From NCBI GenBank assembly GCA_001821015.1, contig MHRQ01000020.1, positions 44,977 to 108,976 of the forward strand: 64,000 nt of DNA, given 5' to 3'. The stretch is from Candidatus Taylorbacteria bacterium RIFCSPHIGHO2_02_FULL_46_13 (GTDB lineage Bacteria; Patescibacteriota; Minisyncoccia; Phycocordibacterales; DSPV01). Below are positions 47,423 to 57,301 of the stretch, one piece after another. The notes under the pieces were generated by a model. The model did no database searches and was not told the DNA's origin. It saw nothing but the letters and a program-made list of their open reading frames with translations. The first letter of the stretch is position 1. Each line of letters starts with the position of its first letter. The position numbers were made by a program, and so were the translations under genes.

Positions 47423-47883
47423 AAATAACGCTTTGCGGCAGTATTGCGTTCTATAAAGAGATGGAATCGGTGCGAGACCAGCTTTTAAAACTTGGTCACG
47501 TAGTAAAAATACCAGAATTAGCCCTTGAGGTTCCCCAAGAGTTTGGAAGTGGCAAGAAAGTATATTTTGGAAAATATATTGAAGAAAAAGGAGGCATGGA
47601 CGCGTTTCCTGTCGGGCATAAGATATGGAATCTCAAAGAAGGAGCTATTAGAGACCATTACGAGAAAATTGACTGGGCTGATGCCATTTTGGTCGTCAAT
47701 CACGAAAAGCGTGGGATTGAAGGTTATATCGGCGGTAATACACTTATTGAAATCGGTGTTTCCTTTTATTTGAAAAAACCGATTTATATTTTACATCCGG
47801 TGTCTTCTGAACTTTCTTACAAGCAGGAGATTTTAGGAATGAAGCCAATTATGCTGGATGGCGATATTTCAAAAATTAGTTAG
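47419..47883 (+). CDS. Putative nucleoside 2-deoxyribosyltransferase-like (NDT/Rcl/DNPH1 superfamily) protein
   Basis: MKITLCGSIAF N-terminus and GGNTLIEIGVSFYLKKPIYIL (resembles the ...GTAFEIGYAYALGKPV nucleophile region). Tentative. Confidence 0.35.
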   Translation: MKITLCGSIAFYKEMESVRDQLLKLGHVVKIPELALEVPQEFGSGKKVYFGKYIEEKGGMDAFPVGHKIWNLKEGAIRDHYEKIDWADAILVVNHEKRGIEGYIGGNTLIEIGVSFYLKKPIYILHPVSSELSYKQEILGMKPIMLDGDISKIS

Positions 47884-48331
47884 AATGAGAGGCATGCCAA
47901 AAGATTGCTCATTTTGCAGTAGCCAAGAAATTAAAGATCGTACTATTACGAAAACGGATTTGGTGCGTGTCTTTCCAACGAATATTCCTATTGTCCCGGG
48001 GCATATACTTATAACTTCGATCAGGCACGTCCAAACGATAAACGAGCTTACCATAGAAGAACGTGAAGCGATATTTGCATTAATTGCCACCTTACGGACA
48101 GCATTACAGAAAATATTTGGTGCCGAAGGATTTAATTTTGCGTGGAATGAAGGCGAGTTGGCAGGACAATCTATTCCGCATGTGCATTTACATATGTTGC
48201 CGAGAAAACCTGGTGATGGAGGAATTACTAAATATGAGCCACGCGATTTCTTATATAGGCCCGGTTCACGTGAAGTCTCGCCCGAGGCAGAACTTGCAGA
48301 CGTTGTATCGCTGATACAGAAGGCGTTGTAG
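47858..48331 (+). CDS. HIT-family protein (second copy); true start probably at MRGMPKDCSFC (47885) or MPKDC (47894)
   Basis: CSFCSSQEI N-terminus and HVHLHML histidine triad. Confidence 0.7.
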   Translation: MAIFQKLVRMRGMPKDCSFCSSQEIKDRTITKTDLVRVFPTNIPIVPGHILITSIRHVQTINELTIEEREAIFALIATLRTALQKIFGAEGFNFAWNEGELAGQSIPHVHLHMLPRKPGDGGITKYEPRDFLYRPGSREVSPEAELADVVSLIQKAL

Positions 48332-48367
48332 TTGCAAAAAGATAGCAAAGAAAGTTATCATGCCAGG

Positions 48368-49054
48368 ATGAAAGCAGTTATTTTAGCTGCGGGAGAAGGG
48401 AAGCGAATGGGACCGCTCACCGTTGATATACCCAAGCCGATGTTGCGCCTTGCAGGACGCCCGCTTCTTGAGCATTTATTGGAATCGCTTCCTGCATCGG
48501 TTGATGAGGTAATTTTGGTAGTGGGATATCGGGCTGACCAAATTAAAGCTCACTTCGGAGAGCACTTTGGTCGTTTCCGTATTCATTATGTACATCAAGA
48601 AAAACCTGAAGGGACGGCACGAGCGCTCGCACTGTCAAAACATTTGCTTGGTCAAGAAAGATTTCTGTCTTTATATGCTGATGATCTGCATGGCAGGGAT
48701 GACCTGGAGGCGCTTTTAAAGTATCCGCTTTCAGTACTTGTAAAAGAAGTCTCCAACCCGGAGCGTTTTGGTGTGGTGGAGCTTTCCGATAACGGTAAAG
48801 TTGTGTCTATCGTGGAGAAGCCATCAGAGCCGAAGAATAATCTTGTGGTAACTGGCCCTGCAGTGCTTGATAAACGGATTTTTGAATTTGAACCGCCCGA
48901 GCATGCAAGCGGTGAATTTTTTCTTGCTGAGGCTATCGGAAAACTGGTGGAGCATCATCCCGTCGTTGCGGTTGTCCAGAAATTCTGGATGCCGATAGGA
49001 TACCCAAAAGACTTGGAAAAAGCGCAGCTGTGGTTTAAGGTTAAACAAATATGA
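48368..49054 (+). CDS. Sugar-phosphate nucleotidyltransferase (short form, no LbH tail)
   Basis: MKAVILAAGEGKRMGPLTVDIPKPML. Start moved to the Met that begins the conserved G-rich motif. Confidence 0.7.
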   Translation: MKAVILAAGEGKRMGPLTVDIPKPMLRLAGRPLLEHLLESLPASVDEVILVVGYRADQIKAHFGEHFGRFRIHYVHQEKPEGTARALALSKHLLGQERFLSLYADDLHGRDDLEALLKYPLSVLVKEVSNPERFGVVELSDNGKVVSIVEKPSEPKNNLVVTGPAVLDKRIFEFEPPEHASGEFFLAEAIGKLVEHHPVVAVVQKFWMPIGYPKDLEKAQLWFKVKQI

Positions 49055-50271
49055 AATTATACACACCTCCAAAAAAGATTTTAGAACGATACGCCGATGT
49101 CTTGGTAAACTTTGCGCTTGGCGGCGGGAAGGGAATTAAAAAAGGTGAGGTGGTGCACCTGATTGCATATGAAGCAGCCAAACCTCTCTATCGGGAACTG
49201 AAGATTGCGATTCTGAAAGCCGGCGGGCACGTAATCGGAGACTACCGCCCCGACAGTGGAGACCGGTTCCCGTTTGATAGAGATTTTTTTGAGCACGCAA
49301 AACCGCACCAGCTCGCATTTTTCCCACGCCAATACGCAAAAGGCATGGTGAATCAAGTTGACCACTCAATATTTATTTTAAGCGAAATAGACAAGCACGA
49401 GCTTGAAGGGATTCCTCCGGCAAAAATTATGCAGAGAGGCCTTGCATGGAAGCCGTATATGGATTGGCGACGCGATAAAGAAGACCAAGGAAAGTACACT
49501 TGGACGTTAGCACTATATGGCACTGAAGCTGAAGCAAAAGAAGCGCGGATGTCACTGCCCGCGTATTGGCAGCAAATCATCAAAGCGTGTTTGTTGGATA
49601 AAAAAGATCCGATTGCGGCATGGAAAAAATTGTATCGCGAGCTAGAAAAGACGCGCGCGAAGCTTAATGCACTGCCGATAGAAAAATTGCATATCGTTGG
49701 GCCTGACGCAGACTTGTGGATTCACCTAGGCAAGAAACGAGCGTGGATGGGCGGTAGTGGCCGCAATATTCCAAGTTTTGAATTATTCACGTCGCCCGAT
49801 TGGCGCGGAACTGAAGGGTGGATTCGTTTCAATCAGCCGCTCTATCGCTATGGGGTGCTCATTGAAGGCGTGCAACTTTGGTTTAAAAACGGACATGTGA
49901 TTAAAGCTGCCGCAAAGAAAAATGAGAAAGTGCTCAAAGAAATGATAGCGACAAAGAATGCCGATCGGGTAGGCGAGTATTCTCTGACAGACCGGCGCTT
50001 CTCGCGCATCACGAAATTCATGGCAGAAACGCTCTTTGATGAAAATATCGGTGGGCCGAATGGCAATACGCACTTGGCGCTTGGCAATTCTTACCACGAC
50101 TGTTTTATTGATGACCCCGGCGAGCTTTCTCCAGAAGATTGGCAGGAGTTAGGCTATAACGAATCATCAGTGCACACCGACATCATCTCTACCGCACCTC
50201 GGACCGTCACCGCAGTCATGCGCGATGGTAAAACCAAAATCATCTACAAAAACGGCCAGTTTAAACTCTAA
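49051..50271 (+). CDS. Aminopeptidase, probable M29 (AmpS/PepS) family
   Basis: N-terminal ERYADVLVNFALGGGKGIKKGEVVHLIAYEAAKPLYREL pattern and ~400 aa size. Family call from memory. Confidence 0.55.
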   Translation: MKLYTPPKKILERYADVLVNFALGGGKGIKKGEVVHLIAYEAAKPLYRELKIAILKAGGHVIGDYRPDSGDRFPFDRDFFEHAKPHQLAFFPRQYAKGMVNQVDHSIFILSEIDKHELEGIPPAKIMQRGLAWKPYMDWRRDKEDQGKYTWTLALYGTEAEAKEARMSLPAYWQQIIKACLLDKKDPIAAWKKLYRELEKTRAKLNALPIEKLHIVGPDADLWIHLGKKRAWMGGSGRNIPSFELFTSPDWRGTEGWIRFNQPLYRYGVLIEGVQLWFKNGHVIKAAAKKNEKVLKEMIATKNADRVGEYSLTDRRFSRITKFMAETLFDENIGGPNGNTHLALGNSYHDCFIDDPGELSPEDWQELGYNESSVHTDIISTAPRTVTAVMRDGKTKIIYKNGQFKL

Positions 50272-50284
50272 GGTACAGTATTTT

Positions 50285-50328
50285 GCATATACATTAACTC
50301 TACGCTATAGCGTAGAGTTAATGTATAT
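50285..50328. repeat. Perfect 44-bp palindrome with ACGCTATAGCGT core
   Basis: CATATACATTAACTCTACGCTA|TAGCGTAGAGTTAATGTATATG. Confidence 0.9.
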
Positions 50329-50375
50329 GGAGTTTATAGAAGTTAGTGGAATAATTCTCTGGATGTGTGCCAAAG

Positions 50376-50407
50376 AAAAGGCCCAACACCGAAATGTTGG
50401 GCCTTTG
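50376..50407. terminator. Hairpin terminator (AAAAGGCCCAACA-CCGAAA-TGTTGGGCCTTTG), likely serving the convergent minus-strand gene and possibly bidirectional
   Basis: 13-bp stem; T-rich run on the minus-strand side. Confidence 0.55.
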
Positions 50408-50433
50408 CGAAAAGGACTCAGCTGAGTTCCCAG

Positions 50434-50961
50434 TTAGTGAGATTTTGTACTCAACTTTGGGTTCTTGGTTTTCCAACCGCTTGCGAGAAAGATTTCAGCG
50501 ACAGCATATTCGTCTCGCCCTCCCGATGAGGCTTTTGCCTTGAGGTGATCCACAAAGGCATGCGTTAGCAGAAGGTCGTAGGCTGCCGCGACAATCGTTG
50601 TGGCCGCCAACCACTCAAGTGCCAACCCACCACTGACTTCAGGTTCCAATGGAGAACCGTGCCAGGCGTCCTCCAAAGAGGTCCTGCGCAGAGGTATATC
50701 CTTGGAAGTTTCGCCTTTCCCCAGTCCATAGGCGACGATTTTACCAAGAGTGGTGGAATTCCACTCCTTGATATGGTGAAGCACGTTTTGGAAAACGTGC
50801 TGGGAAAAATCCTTCGCGCGAGGATGTTTTTCCAAATCAGTATGGGTGATTTCCAATTCACCCATAATGTTTCGCGTCACGTTGATGAGATACTGCTGAT
50901 CCATACGCTCTTGCGTTCGGATCACAGTTGCACGTGTTGATTGGGTTTTCAATGTTCTCAT
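50434..50961 (-). CDS. Hypothetical protein
   Basis: 175-aa ORF; no recognisable motif. Confidence 0.45.
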   Translation of the reverse strand: MRTLKTQSTRATVIRTQERMDQQYLINVTRNIMGELEITHTDLEKHPRAKDFSQHVFQNVLHHIKEWNSTTLGKIVAYGLGKGETSKDIPLRRTSLEDAWHGSPLEPEVSGGLALEWLAATTIVAAAYDLLLTHAFVDHLKAKASSGGRDEYAVAEIFLASGWKTKNPKLSTKSH

Positions 50962-51160
50962 GTTTATCTCCTTTCAAGAGATTTCCCATTACCTTTATGG
51001 ATCGCTATACCGAGACATTCGATATTCTGCGATATAAACCGAGAAGGTTTATTAATGGCCCAGCAAGCTTTTGGCAATGCTGATGGGAGAATCCTAGCAT
51101 ATATTAATATATATGTCAAATTAGAAGCCAAATTTAGACGATGTGCTATAATGCTTTTTC

Positions 51161-51898
51161 ATGGCAATTTTAGAGATTCAAAATCTGGTCAAGGAGTTCG
51201 GACCCGTCAAAGCGGTCAATGGCCTTTCTTTTGACGTACAAGAGGGCACTATCACGGGTCTTTTGGGTCCTAATGGTGCTGGCAAAACTACAACTATTCA
51301 GATGATTTTAGATCTCATCACGCCAACCTCTGGCGTTATAAAAATATTCGGCCTACCGATGCAAAAGCATCGGGAAGAGACGCTTGGCAAAATCAACTTT
51401 TCTTCTCCGTATGTTGCCCTACCAGGTAACCTGCGTGTCTGGGAAAATTTGTACACGTTTGCTCGTTTGTACGGTGTAAAAGACATCGCAAAGAAAATTG
51501 ATGACCTCGCCGATTTTTTCAACATTCGCAGTCTCCTTAGCCGCATGACATCCTCTCTTTCAACCGGCCAGCTGACGCGTCTCAACCTTACTAAAGCATT
51601 GCTTAACGACCCGAGACTCCTTTTGCTTGATGAGCCGACGGCTTCACTGGACCCTGACATTGCCGATAAAACGCGGCATATGCTAAAGCGCATACAGAAG
51701 GAGCGTGGAGTTTCTATTCTTTATACCTCGCATAACATGCAAGAAGTTGAGGAAATTTGCGATGAGGTTATTTTCATTGACCAAGGAAAGCTTAAAGATA
51801 GAGGAGTTCCTGCAGAGCTTGTGAAAAAATACGGCCACAAAGACCTCAACGACATATTTTTGGAAATTGCCCGCGCGAATGAACAAGAAGAACTGTAA
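51161..51898 (+). CDS. ABC transporter ATP-binding protein (ABC-2 subfamily type)
   Basis: Walker A GLLGPNGAGKTTT, signature LSTGQLTRLNL, Walker B LLLDEPTASLD. Confidence 0.8.
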   Translation: MAILEIQNLVKEFGPVKAVNGLSFDVQEGTITGLLGPNGAGKTTTIQMILDLITPTSGVIKIFGLPMQKHREETLGKINFSSPYVALPGNLRVWENLYTFARLYGVKDIAKKIDDLADFFNIRSLLSRMTSSLSTGQLTRLNLTKALLNDPRLLLLDEPTASLDPDIADKTRHMLKRIQKERGVSILYTSHNMQEVEEICDEVIFIDQGKLKDRGVPAELVKKYGHKDLNDIFLEIARANEQEEL

Positions 51899-52019
51899 AA
51901 TGTAAATCTCAAAATGCAAAATGACAATCTAAAATTCAAGATTACAGAACAAAGATACAACGTTTCGTCATTTTGCCGTGCAATTTTCCATTTTGATTTT
52001 TTAATTTTGAATTATTTCC

Positions 52020-52808
52020 ATGAAATGGCATAGAATCAACGCACTTCTGATACGTCACCTGTATCTCTTCAAGCGCAGTGTACCGCGCTTGATGGACATT
52101 TTCTTTTGGCCTGTGATGGAGCTTCTTTTGTGGGGTTTCATCAGCGTATACATCAGTAAATTAAATATTGCGGGGTTTAATGCGGTGACGGTTCTCCTCG
52201 GCGCAGTGATTTTCTGGGACTTAATGAGTCAGTCACAACGAGCAGTTTCCATCGCATTTTTGGAGGATGTATGGGAGCGCAATTTCTTAAATATTTTCGT
52301 GACCCCCTTGCGTTTAAGTGAGTTTCTCGCTTCAACCGTGATTCTGGCCTTTGTGCGTATTCTTATGGTGGGCGCCGTTATGAGTATTCTTGCAGCCTTG
52401 TTCTATCAATTCAACTTTCTTATGTTCGGACTCTATCTGGTGCCCTTTATGCTGAACCTCTTGATTTTTGGATCGGCAATCGGTTTGTTTACGACGGCTC
52501 TCATTCTTCGCTACGGAACATCGGCGCAAGTGCTCGCTTTCGGGCTGTTGTTTTTGGTTCAACCGTTCTCTGCCGTATTTTATCCTGTCTCAGCGCTTCC
52601 CTCTGCCGTGCAATGGATTTCATACTTGATCCCTTCCACCTATGTGTTTGAAGGAATGCGTGCAGTGATCGCAACCGGTATGTTGCCGACGAGTCTCCTT
52701 CTCGGAGCGATTATCGCAAACATTATTTATTTTGTCGGGCTCTCGTGGTATTTCTACCGGTCATTTGCGGTAGTGAAAAATAAAGGGAAGTTATTGAAGC
52801 TCGACTAG
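52020..52808 (+). CDS. ABC-2 type transporter permease
   Basis: Six hydrophobic segments; follows the ATPase gene. Confidence 0.7.
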   Translation: MKWHRINALLIRHLYLFKRSVPRLMDIFFWPVMELLLWGFISVYISKLNIAGFNAVTVLLGAVIFWDLMSQSQRAVSIAFLEDVWERNFLNIFVTPLRLSEFLASTVILAFVRILMVGAVMSILAALFYQFNFLMFGLYLVPFMLNLLIFGSAIGLFTTALILRYGTSAQVLAFGLLFLVQPFSAVFYPVSALPSAVQWISYLIPSTYVFEGMRAVIATGMLPTSLLLGAIIANIIYFVGLSWYFYRSFAVVKNKGKLLKLD

Positions 52809-52824
52809 ATCTCTGTGTTTCGTT

Positions 52825-53301
52825 ATGCGCAAGACTAAAAAGAAAGGAATCATCGTTACTGTCAGTGGGGGGTTCGATCCCTTGCATGTCGGTCACATAA
52901 GATATTTTGAAGTTGCCAAGAAGCTTGGCAGTACACTCGTGGTCATTCTCAACAACGATAATTGGCTCATGAAGAAGAAGGGCTATGTCTTTATGCCGGA
53001 GAGGGAGAGAAAGGAGATTATTGAGGCGCTTCGTGTCGTGGACAGAGTGGTGCTTACTTCTCACCGAAAGAATGATTCAGATGTAAGTGTCTGTAAAGAA
53101 CTCAGAAGGATTAAGCCTGATATTTTTGCCAATGGGGGTGACCGAAAGCCCGACGGTAATCCGGTACCCGAAGTTGGAGTATGTAAAGAGCTCGGTATCA
53201 AAATGGTGTACAACATTGGCAAAGGAGGCAAGATCCAATCCAGCTCGTGGCTTTCGGAAAGTGTAGCGAAAAGGGTGGGGAAGAAAAGTATTAAAAAGTG
53301 A
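52825..53301 (+). CDS. Cytidylyltransferase-like nucleotidyltransferase (HldE domain II / RfaE-like adenylyl- or cytidylyltransferase)
   Basis: IIVTVSGGFDPLHVGHIRYFEVAKKLG (HxGH motif). Confidence 0.65.
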   Translation: MRKTKKKGIIVTVSGGFDPLHVGHIRYFEVAKKLGSTLVVILNNDNWLMKKKGYVFMPERERKEIIEALRVVDRVVLTSHRKNDSDVSVCKELRRIKPDIFANGGDRKPDGNPVPEVGVCKELGIKMVYNIGKGGKIQSSSWLSESVAKRVGKKSIKK

Positions 53302-53318
53302 GGTATAATACCTAGCGT

Positions 53319-53744
53319 ATGCCACAAGAGAAAAAATCCATATTTGCCCGCTTAGATCACTTTTTTGACAGGTTTGAAGATCATTCTCGAGCGTTCTTAA
53401 GCCGTCATGTGATTATCTATAGTTTGGTAGGCGGTGTCGCGATTGTGTTGTTTTGGCGCGGTGTATGGATGTTGGCAGATGAGGTGGGCCTCTCGTCTAT
53501 TTCTTCAATTATTATCAGCGTTGTCATTTTACTTGCGACAGGCCTCTTCGTCTCATTTTTTGTAGGTGATCGCATTGTGTTGTCTGGATTGCGTCGCGAG
53601 AAAAAAGTCATTGATAAGACGGAGGAAGAACTGAAAGCCGAGTCGGTTACACTTGTTGAAGTGAAAGACGAACTAAAAAAGATAGAAAAGGAGATTGAGC
53701 ATCTAGACGGGAATCATCACGAATCCCACCATAGTTCCACATAA
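53319..53744 (+). CDS. Hypothetical membrane protein with C-terminal coiled-coil and His-rich tail
   Basis: Two hydrophobic helices then EEELKAESVTLVEVKDELKKIEKEIEHLDGNHHESHH. Confidence 0.45.
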   Translation: MPQEKKSIFARLDHFFDRFEDHSRAFLSRHVIIYSLVGGVAIVLFWRGVWMLADEVGLSSISSIIISVVILLATGLFVSFFVGDRIVLSGLRREKKVIDKTEEELKAESVTLVEVKDELKKIEKEIEHLDGNHHESHHSST

Positions 53745-53780
53745 GTAAGGGGCCCGGTATCGTACTGCCCGAAACCCACC

Positions 53781-54686
53781 GTGTTTGCATTGAATATGGA
53801 AAAACGCATCACTATTATTACGCACAGCGGAAGTTTCCATCCTGACGATGTCTTCGCGGTCGCGTCGCTTCTTTTATTGCACGAGGGAAAATCAGTTATG
53901 CCGGAAGTTGTGCGTACTCGCGATCCTCACATACTCCAGACGGGAGATTTCGTCCTTGATGTCGGGGGAGTGTATGATGCATCAACGAATAGGTTTGACC
54001 ATCATCAAATTGACGGAGCGGGGGTACGTCCGAATAGAATCCCGTATGCTTCATTTGGGTTGGTATGGAAAAAGTATGGCGCAGAGATAGCGGGTTCACC
54101 TGAAGTAGCCGGCGAGCTTGAACGACGCTTAGTTATACAGATAGACGCGCTTGATAACGGAGTTGAAGCAGTCGCCCCTCTTATAGAAGGAGTACGACCA
54201 TATTTGGTGAACCACGTTATTTTTTCCTACATACCAACGTGGAAATCAAGCGAGCCGCTTGACGAAGCATTTTTGGTAGCAGTTGGATTCGCAAAAGAAC
54301 TTCTTAAGCGCGAGATACGAAGTGCGGCTGACAAGATTGAAGGAGAGCGCTTTGTAGAAGAGGCTTATCAAAACGCTGTTGATAAGCGCCTCATCATGCT
54401 TGATAGAGAATATTTTTGGGCAGAGCAGCTCGCACGTCATCCTGAACCGCTTTTGGTCATCTATCCTCAAAGGGAGAACTATCATATCAAAGCAGTGCGT
54501 GATAGTCTTGTTTCTTTTAAGACGCGCGTCTCATTCCCAGAGAGTTGGGCGGGGAAACGGGATGTAGAGCTTGCCAAAGTAACCGGAGTGCCAGACGCTT
54601 TCTTTTGTCATAACAAACGGTTTATGGTGGTGGCAGGTTCAAAAGAGGGAGCGCTTGCGCTTGCCCAGAAAGCTCTAAAAGCTTAA
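53781..54686 (+). CDS. MYG1/UPF0160-family metal-dependent hydrolase
   Basis: ITIITHSGSFHPDDVFAVASLL ... RTRDPHIL ... DVGGVYDASTNRFDHHQ matches MYG1 conserved blocks. Confidence 0.6.
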   Translation: MFALNMEKRITIITHSGSFHPDDVFAVASLLLLHEGKSVMPEVVRTRDPHILQTGDFVLDVGGVYDASTNRFDHHQIDGAGVRPNRIPYASFGLVWKKYGAEIAGSPEVAGELERRLVIQIDALDNGVEAVAPLIEGVRPYLVNHVIFSYIPTWKSSEPLDEAFLVAVGFAKELLKREIRSAADKIEGERFVEEAYQNAVDKRLIMLDREYFWAEQLARHPEPLLVIYPQRENYHIKAVRDSLVSFKTRVSFPESWAGKRDVELAKVTGVPDAFFCHNKRFMVVAGSKEGALALAQKALKA

Positions 54687-54841
54687 CGCTTTGGGCTTAC
54701 GGGAGAACGAAAAGCTCTTATATTCGTGAATATCCAGCTGTCATCCTTGTAGGAGTCGAATGAGAAGAAGATGTCTTAATCTTTGCGTTTTTTTACGGAA
54801 AGCTCTAAGCTATAAGCTCTAAGCACCAAGCTTTTCTAACT

Positions 54842-55834
54842 ATGGCCCTTATTGATGAAATAAAAATACATATTACCGCGGGCCGTGGTGGTGATGGAGT
54901 TGTCCGTTGGCTCCAAGAGAAAAATAAAGACCACGGTGGCCCTTCAGGAGGAGATGGAGGTAAGGGAGGGAGTGTCTACGCGCGTGCTATTCGCGACATT
55001 GCCGCGCTTGCCCGTTATCGCAGTATCAAAGAGTTGCGTGCCGACGACGGTGAAGACGGGAAAGCGGACAACATGCACGGCAAAAGCGGGAAAGATTTAG
55101 TTTTTAATGTTCCTACCGGTTCAGTTATCACCAATCATCAAACTGACGAAAAATTTGAAGTTCTAAAAGAAGGCGATACCGTGCTTCTCCTTGCGGGCGG
55201 TGGCGGAGGACTTGGTAATTCGCATTTTAAAGGTTCGGTGAATCGTCGTCCCAGAGAATTTACTACAGGCAAAGCAGGGGAGACCGCGGATTTTACCATT
55301 GAACTTCAACTGATCGCTGACGCCGGGCTCATTGGACTTCCGAACGCGGGCAAGTCAAGTCTCTTAAATACTCTTACACATGCGAATGCTAAAATTGGTT
55401 CATATGCGTTTACGACACTTGAACCAAACTTAGGGGTCATGAATGGATATGTACTCGCTGACATCCCTGGACTTATAGAAGGTGCGGCAGAAGGGAGGGG
55501 TTTAGGCCACCGTTTTTTGCGGCATATTCGTCGCACTCGCGTATTGTTGCACTGTATTTCTCTTGAAAACGGAGATTTTGAAAAAGTATATAAGGTGGTT
55601 CGTGCCGAGCTTGGTAAGTATGATTCGGGACTGCTCAATAAAAGAGAGGTTATTGTTCTGACCAAAACTGATTTACTTGAAGAAAAGGCGCTCAAAGAGC
55701 GTATACAGGTACTTTCTAAGAAATTTGGAGACGTAATCGCAGTTTCTATCCTGGATGATGCCTCAATTAAGGGCTTCAAAGAATACCTCACAAGGCTCTT
55801 TGAGGGTCTCATGGAGGCTTCGAACGAATCTTAA
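54842..55834 (+). CDS. obg: GTPase Obg
   Basis: Glycine-rich Obg fold GGPSGGDGGKGGSVY, G1 GLPNAGKSSLL, G3 DIPGLIEGA. Confidence 0.85.
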   Translation: MALIDEIKIHITAGRGGDGVVRWLQEKNKDHGGPSGGDGGKGGSVYARAIRDIAALARYRSIKELRADDGEDGKADNMHGKSGKDLVFNVPTGSVITNHQTDEKFEVLKEGDTVLLLAGGGGGLGNSHFKGSVNRRPREFTTGKAGETADFTIELQLIADAGLIGLPNAGKSSLLNTLTHANAKIGSYAFTTLEPNLGVMNGYVLADIPGLIEGAAEGRGLGHRFLRHIRRTRVLLHCISLENGDFEKVYKVVRAELGKYDSGLLNKREVIVLTKTDLLEEKALKERIQVLSKKFGDVIAVSILDDASIKGFKEYLTRLFEGLMEASNES

Positions 55835-55867
55835 ACCCTTTATTTCTTTATGATATAGTAAAATCAC

Positions 55868-57301
55868 GTGGCAAAAGAGTATTATCCTACAATAGGTCTA
55901 GAAATCCACGCGGAGCTTAAAACGCAGACTAAAATGTTCTGCAATTCCAAGAATGACCCCGAAGAGAGTCGTCCTAACGTTAATATTTGCGCCGTCTGTC
56001 TTGGGCACCCTGGAACGCTTCCTACGGTCAATAAAGAGGCAGTCTTGCACGTTATTAAAGTTGGTCTCGCTGTAGGCGGCAAGATTGCCGATTATTCAGA
56101 GTTTGATCGGAAGAATTATTTTTATCCAGATATTCCCAAAGGCTATCAGATCAGTCAGTACAAGTATCCGCTCGTAGAAGGTGGAGAGCTTTCAGATGTA
56201 GCACTGACGAGAGTCCACTTGGAAGAAGATACCGCGCAGTCCTTTCATAAAGAAGGGGAGGAAGAAAATTTCAGTCTTGTAGATTTCAATCGTGCCGGAG
56301 TTCCACTGATGGAACTTGTAACCGAGCCAGTTATAAAGAGCGCGACGCAAGCGAAATATTTCGCGCAGGAACTTCAACTACTTTTAAAGTATCTCGGTGC
56401 CTCTGATGCCAACATGGAGAAAGGGGAGATGCGCGTTGAAGCGAATGTATCAATCAGTACTGATCCTAAAATACTAGGAAAGAAAGTTGAAGTAAAAAAT
56501 CTAAATTCGTTTCGCGCGGTAGAGGATGCAATTAATTTTGAACTTGCAAGACATAAGGTCCTCTTGGAAGAGGGGAAAGAGGTGATTCAAGAAACTCGTG
56601 GATGGAATGAAGATAAAGGAGAAACATTTTCTCAGCGGCGCAAAGAAGAGTCGCATGACTATCGTTATTTTCCAGATCCAGATATTCCTAAGCTTACCTT
56701 AAAAGAGGTAAAAGAATTTGACTTAGAAGAGCTTCGTATTGGTTTACCAGAGCTTCCTTCAGCAAAGCGCGATAGGTTGGAGAGGCGATACGGTCTTAAA
56801 AGAGAAGATATAGAATTGTATGTGCAAGATACGACGGTTGGGAATTTTTTTGAATCAGTCAGTACACTCTTGACTGACGCAGAGCAGATTAAATTAGGAT
56901 CTAATTACATTGCGTCTGATCTTGTGGGTCTCATGAATACAGGGAATGCAGACACACACATCAAACCAGTTGATTTTGCACAGCTTGTAATGATGATTAC
57001 AAGAGGCGAAGTGTCTTCCAGGGGGGCAAAAGATATTCTTAAGATTATGCACGATACGGGGGGTACTCCGAAAGCTATAGCAGAAGAACATGAGCTCTTC
57101 CAAGAGAGTAATGAAGAAGCTCTTTTGTCTGTGGTGAATAAAATTATTTCTGAAAATCAAACCGTTGTAGCAGACTATCACGCAGGCAAAACTGCTGCAC
57201 TTCAGTTCTTAGTAGGGCAGTGCATGAAAGCAACAAAAGGGAGCGCGAATCCGGGCATTTTGCAGCAGATCATAAAAAAAACTTTAAGTAAAGAGGTCTG
57301 A
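55868..57301 (+). CDS. gatB: Asp/Glu-tRNA(Asn/Gln) amidotransferase subunit B
   Basis: IGLEIHAELKTQTKMFC...ICAVCLGHPGTLP and C-terminal GatB/YqeY-type tail. Confidence 0.9.
   Translation: MAKEYYPTIGLEIHAELKTQTKMFCNSKNDPEESRPNVNICAVCLGHPGTLPTVNKEAVLHVIKVGLAVGGKIADYSEFDRKNYFYPDIPKGYQISQYKYPLVEGGELSDVALTRVHLEEDTAQSFHKEGEEENFSLVDFNRAGVPLMELVTEPVIKSATQAKYFAQELQLLLKYLGASDANMEKGEMRVEANVSISTDPKILGKKVEVKNLNSFRAVEDAINFELARHKVLLEEGKEVIQETRGWNEDKGETFSQRRKEESHDYRYFPDPDIPKLTLKEVKEFDLEELRIGLPELPSAKRDRLERRYGLKREDIELYVQDTTVGNFFESVSTLLTDAEQIKLGSNYIASDLVGLMNTGNADTHIKPVDFAQLVMMITRGEVSSRGAKDILKIMHDTGGTPKAIAEEHELFQESNEEALLSVVNKIISENQTVVADYHAGKTAALQFLVGQCMKATKGSANPGILQQIIKKTLSKEV

Noticed and set aside
50434-50961. 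Possible defense or toxin gene adjacent to the ABC transporter
   Set aside because: No recognisable nuclease, NTPase or toxin motifs in the 175-aa product. Left as hypothetical.
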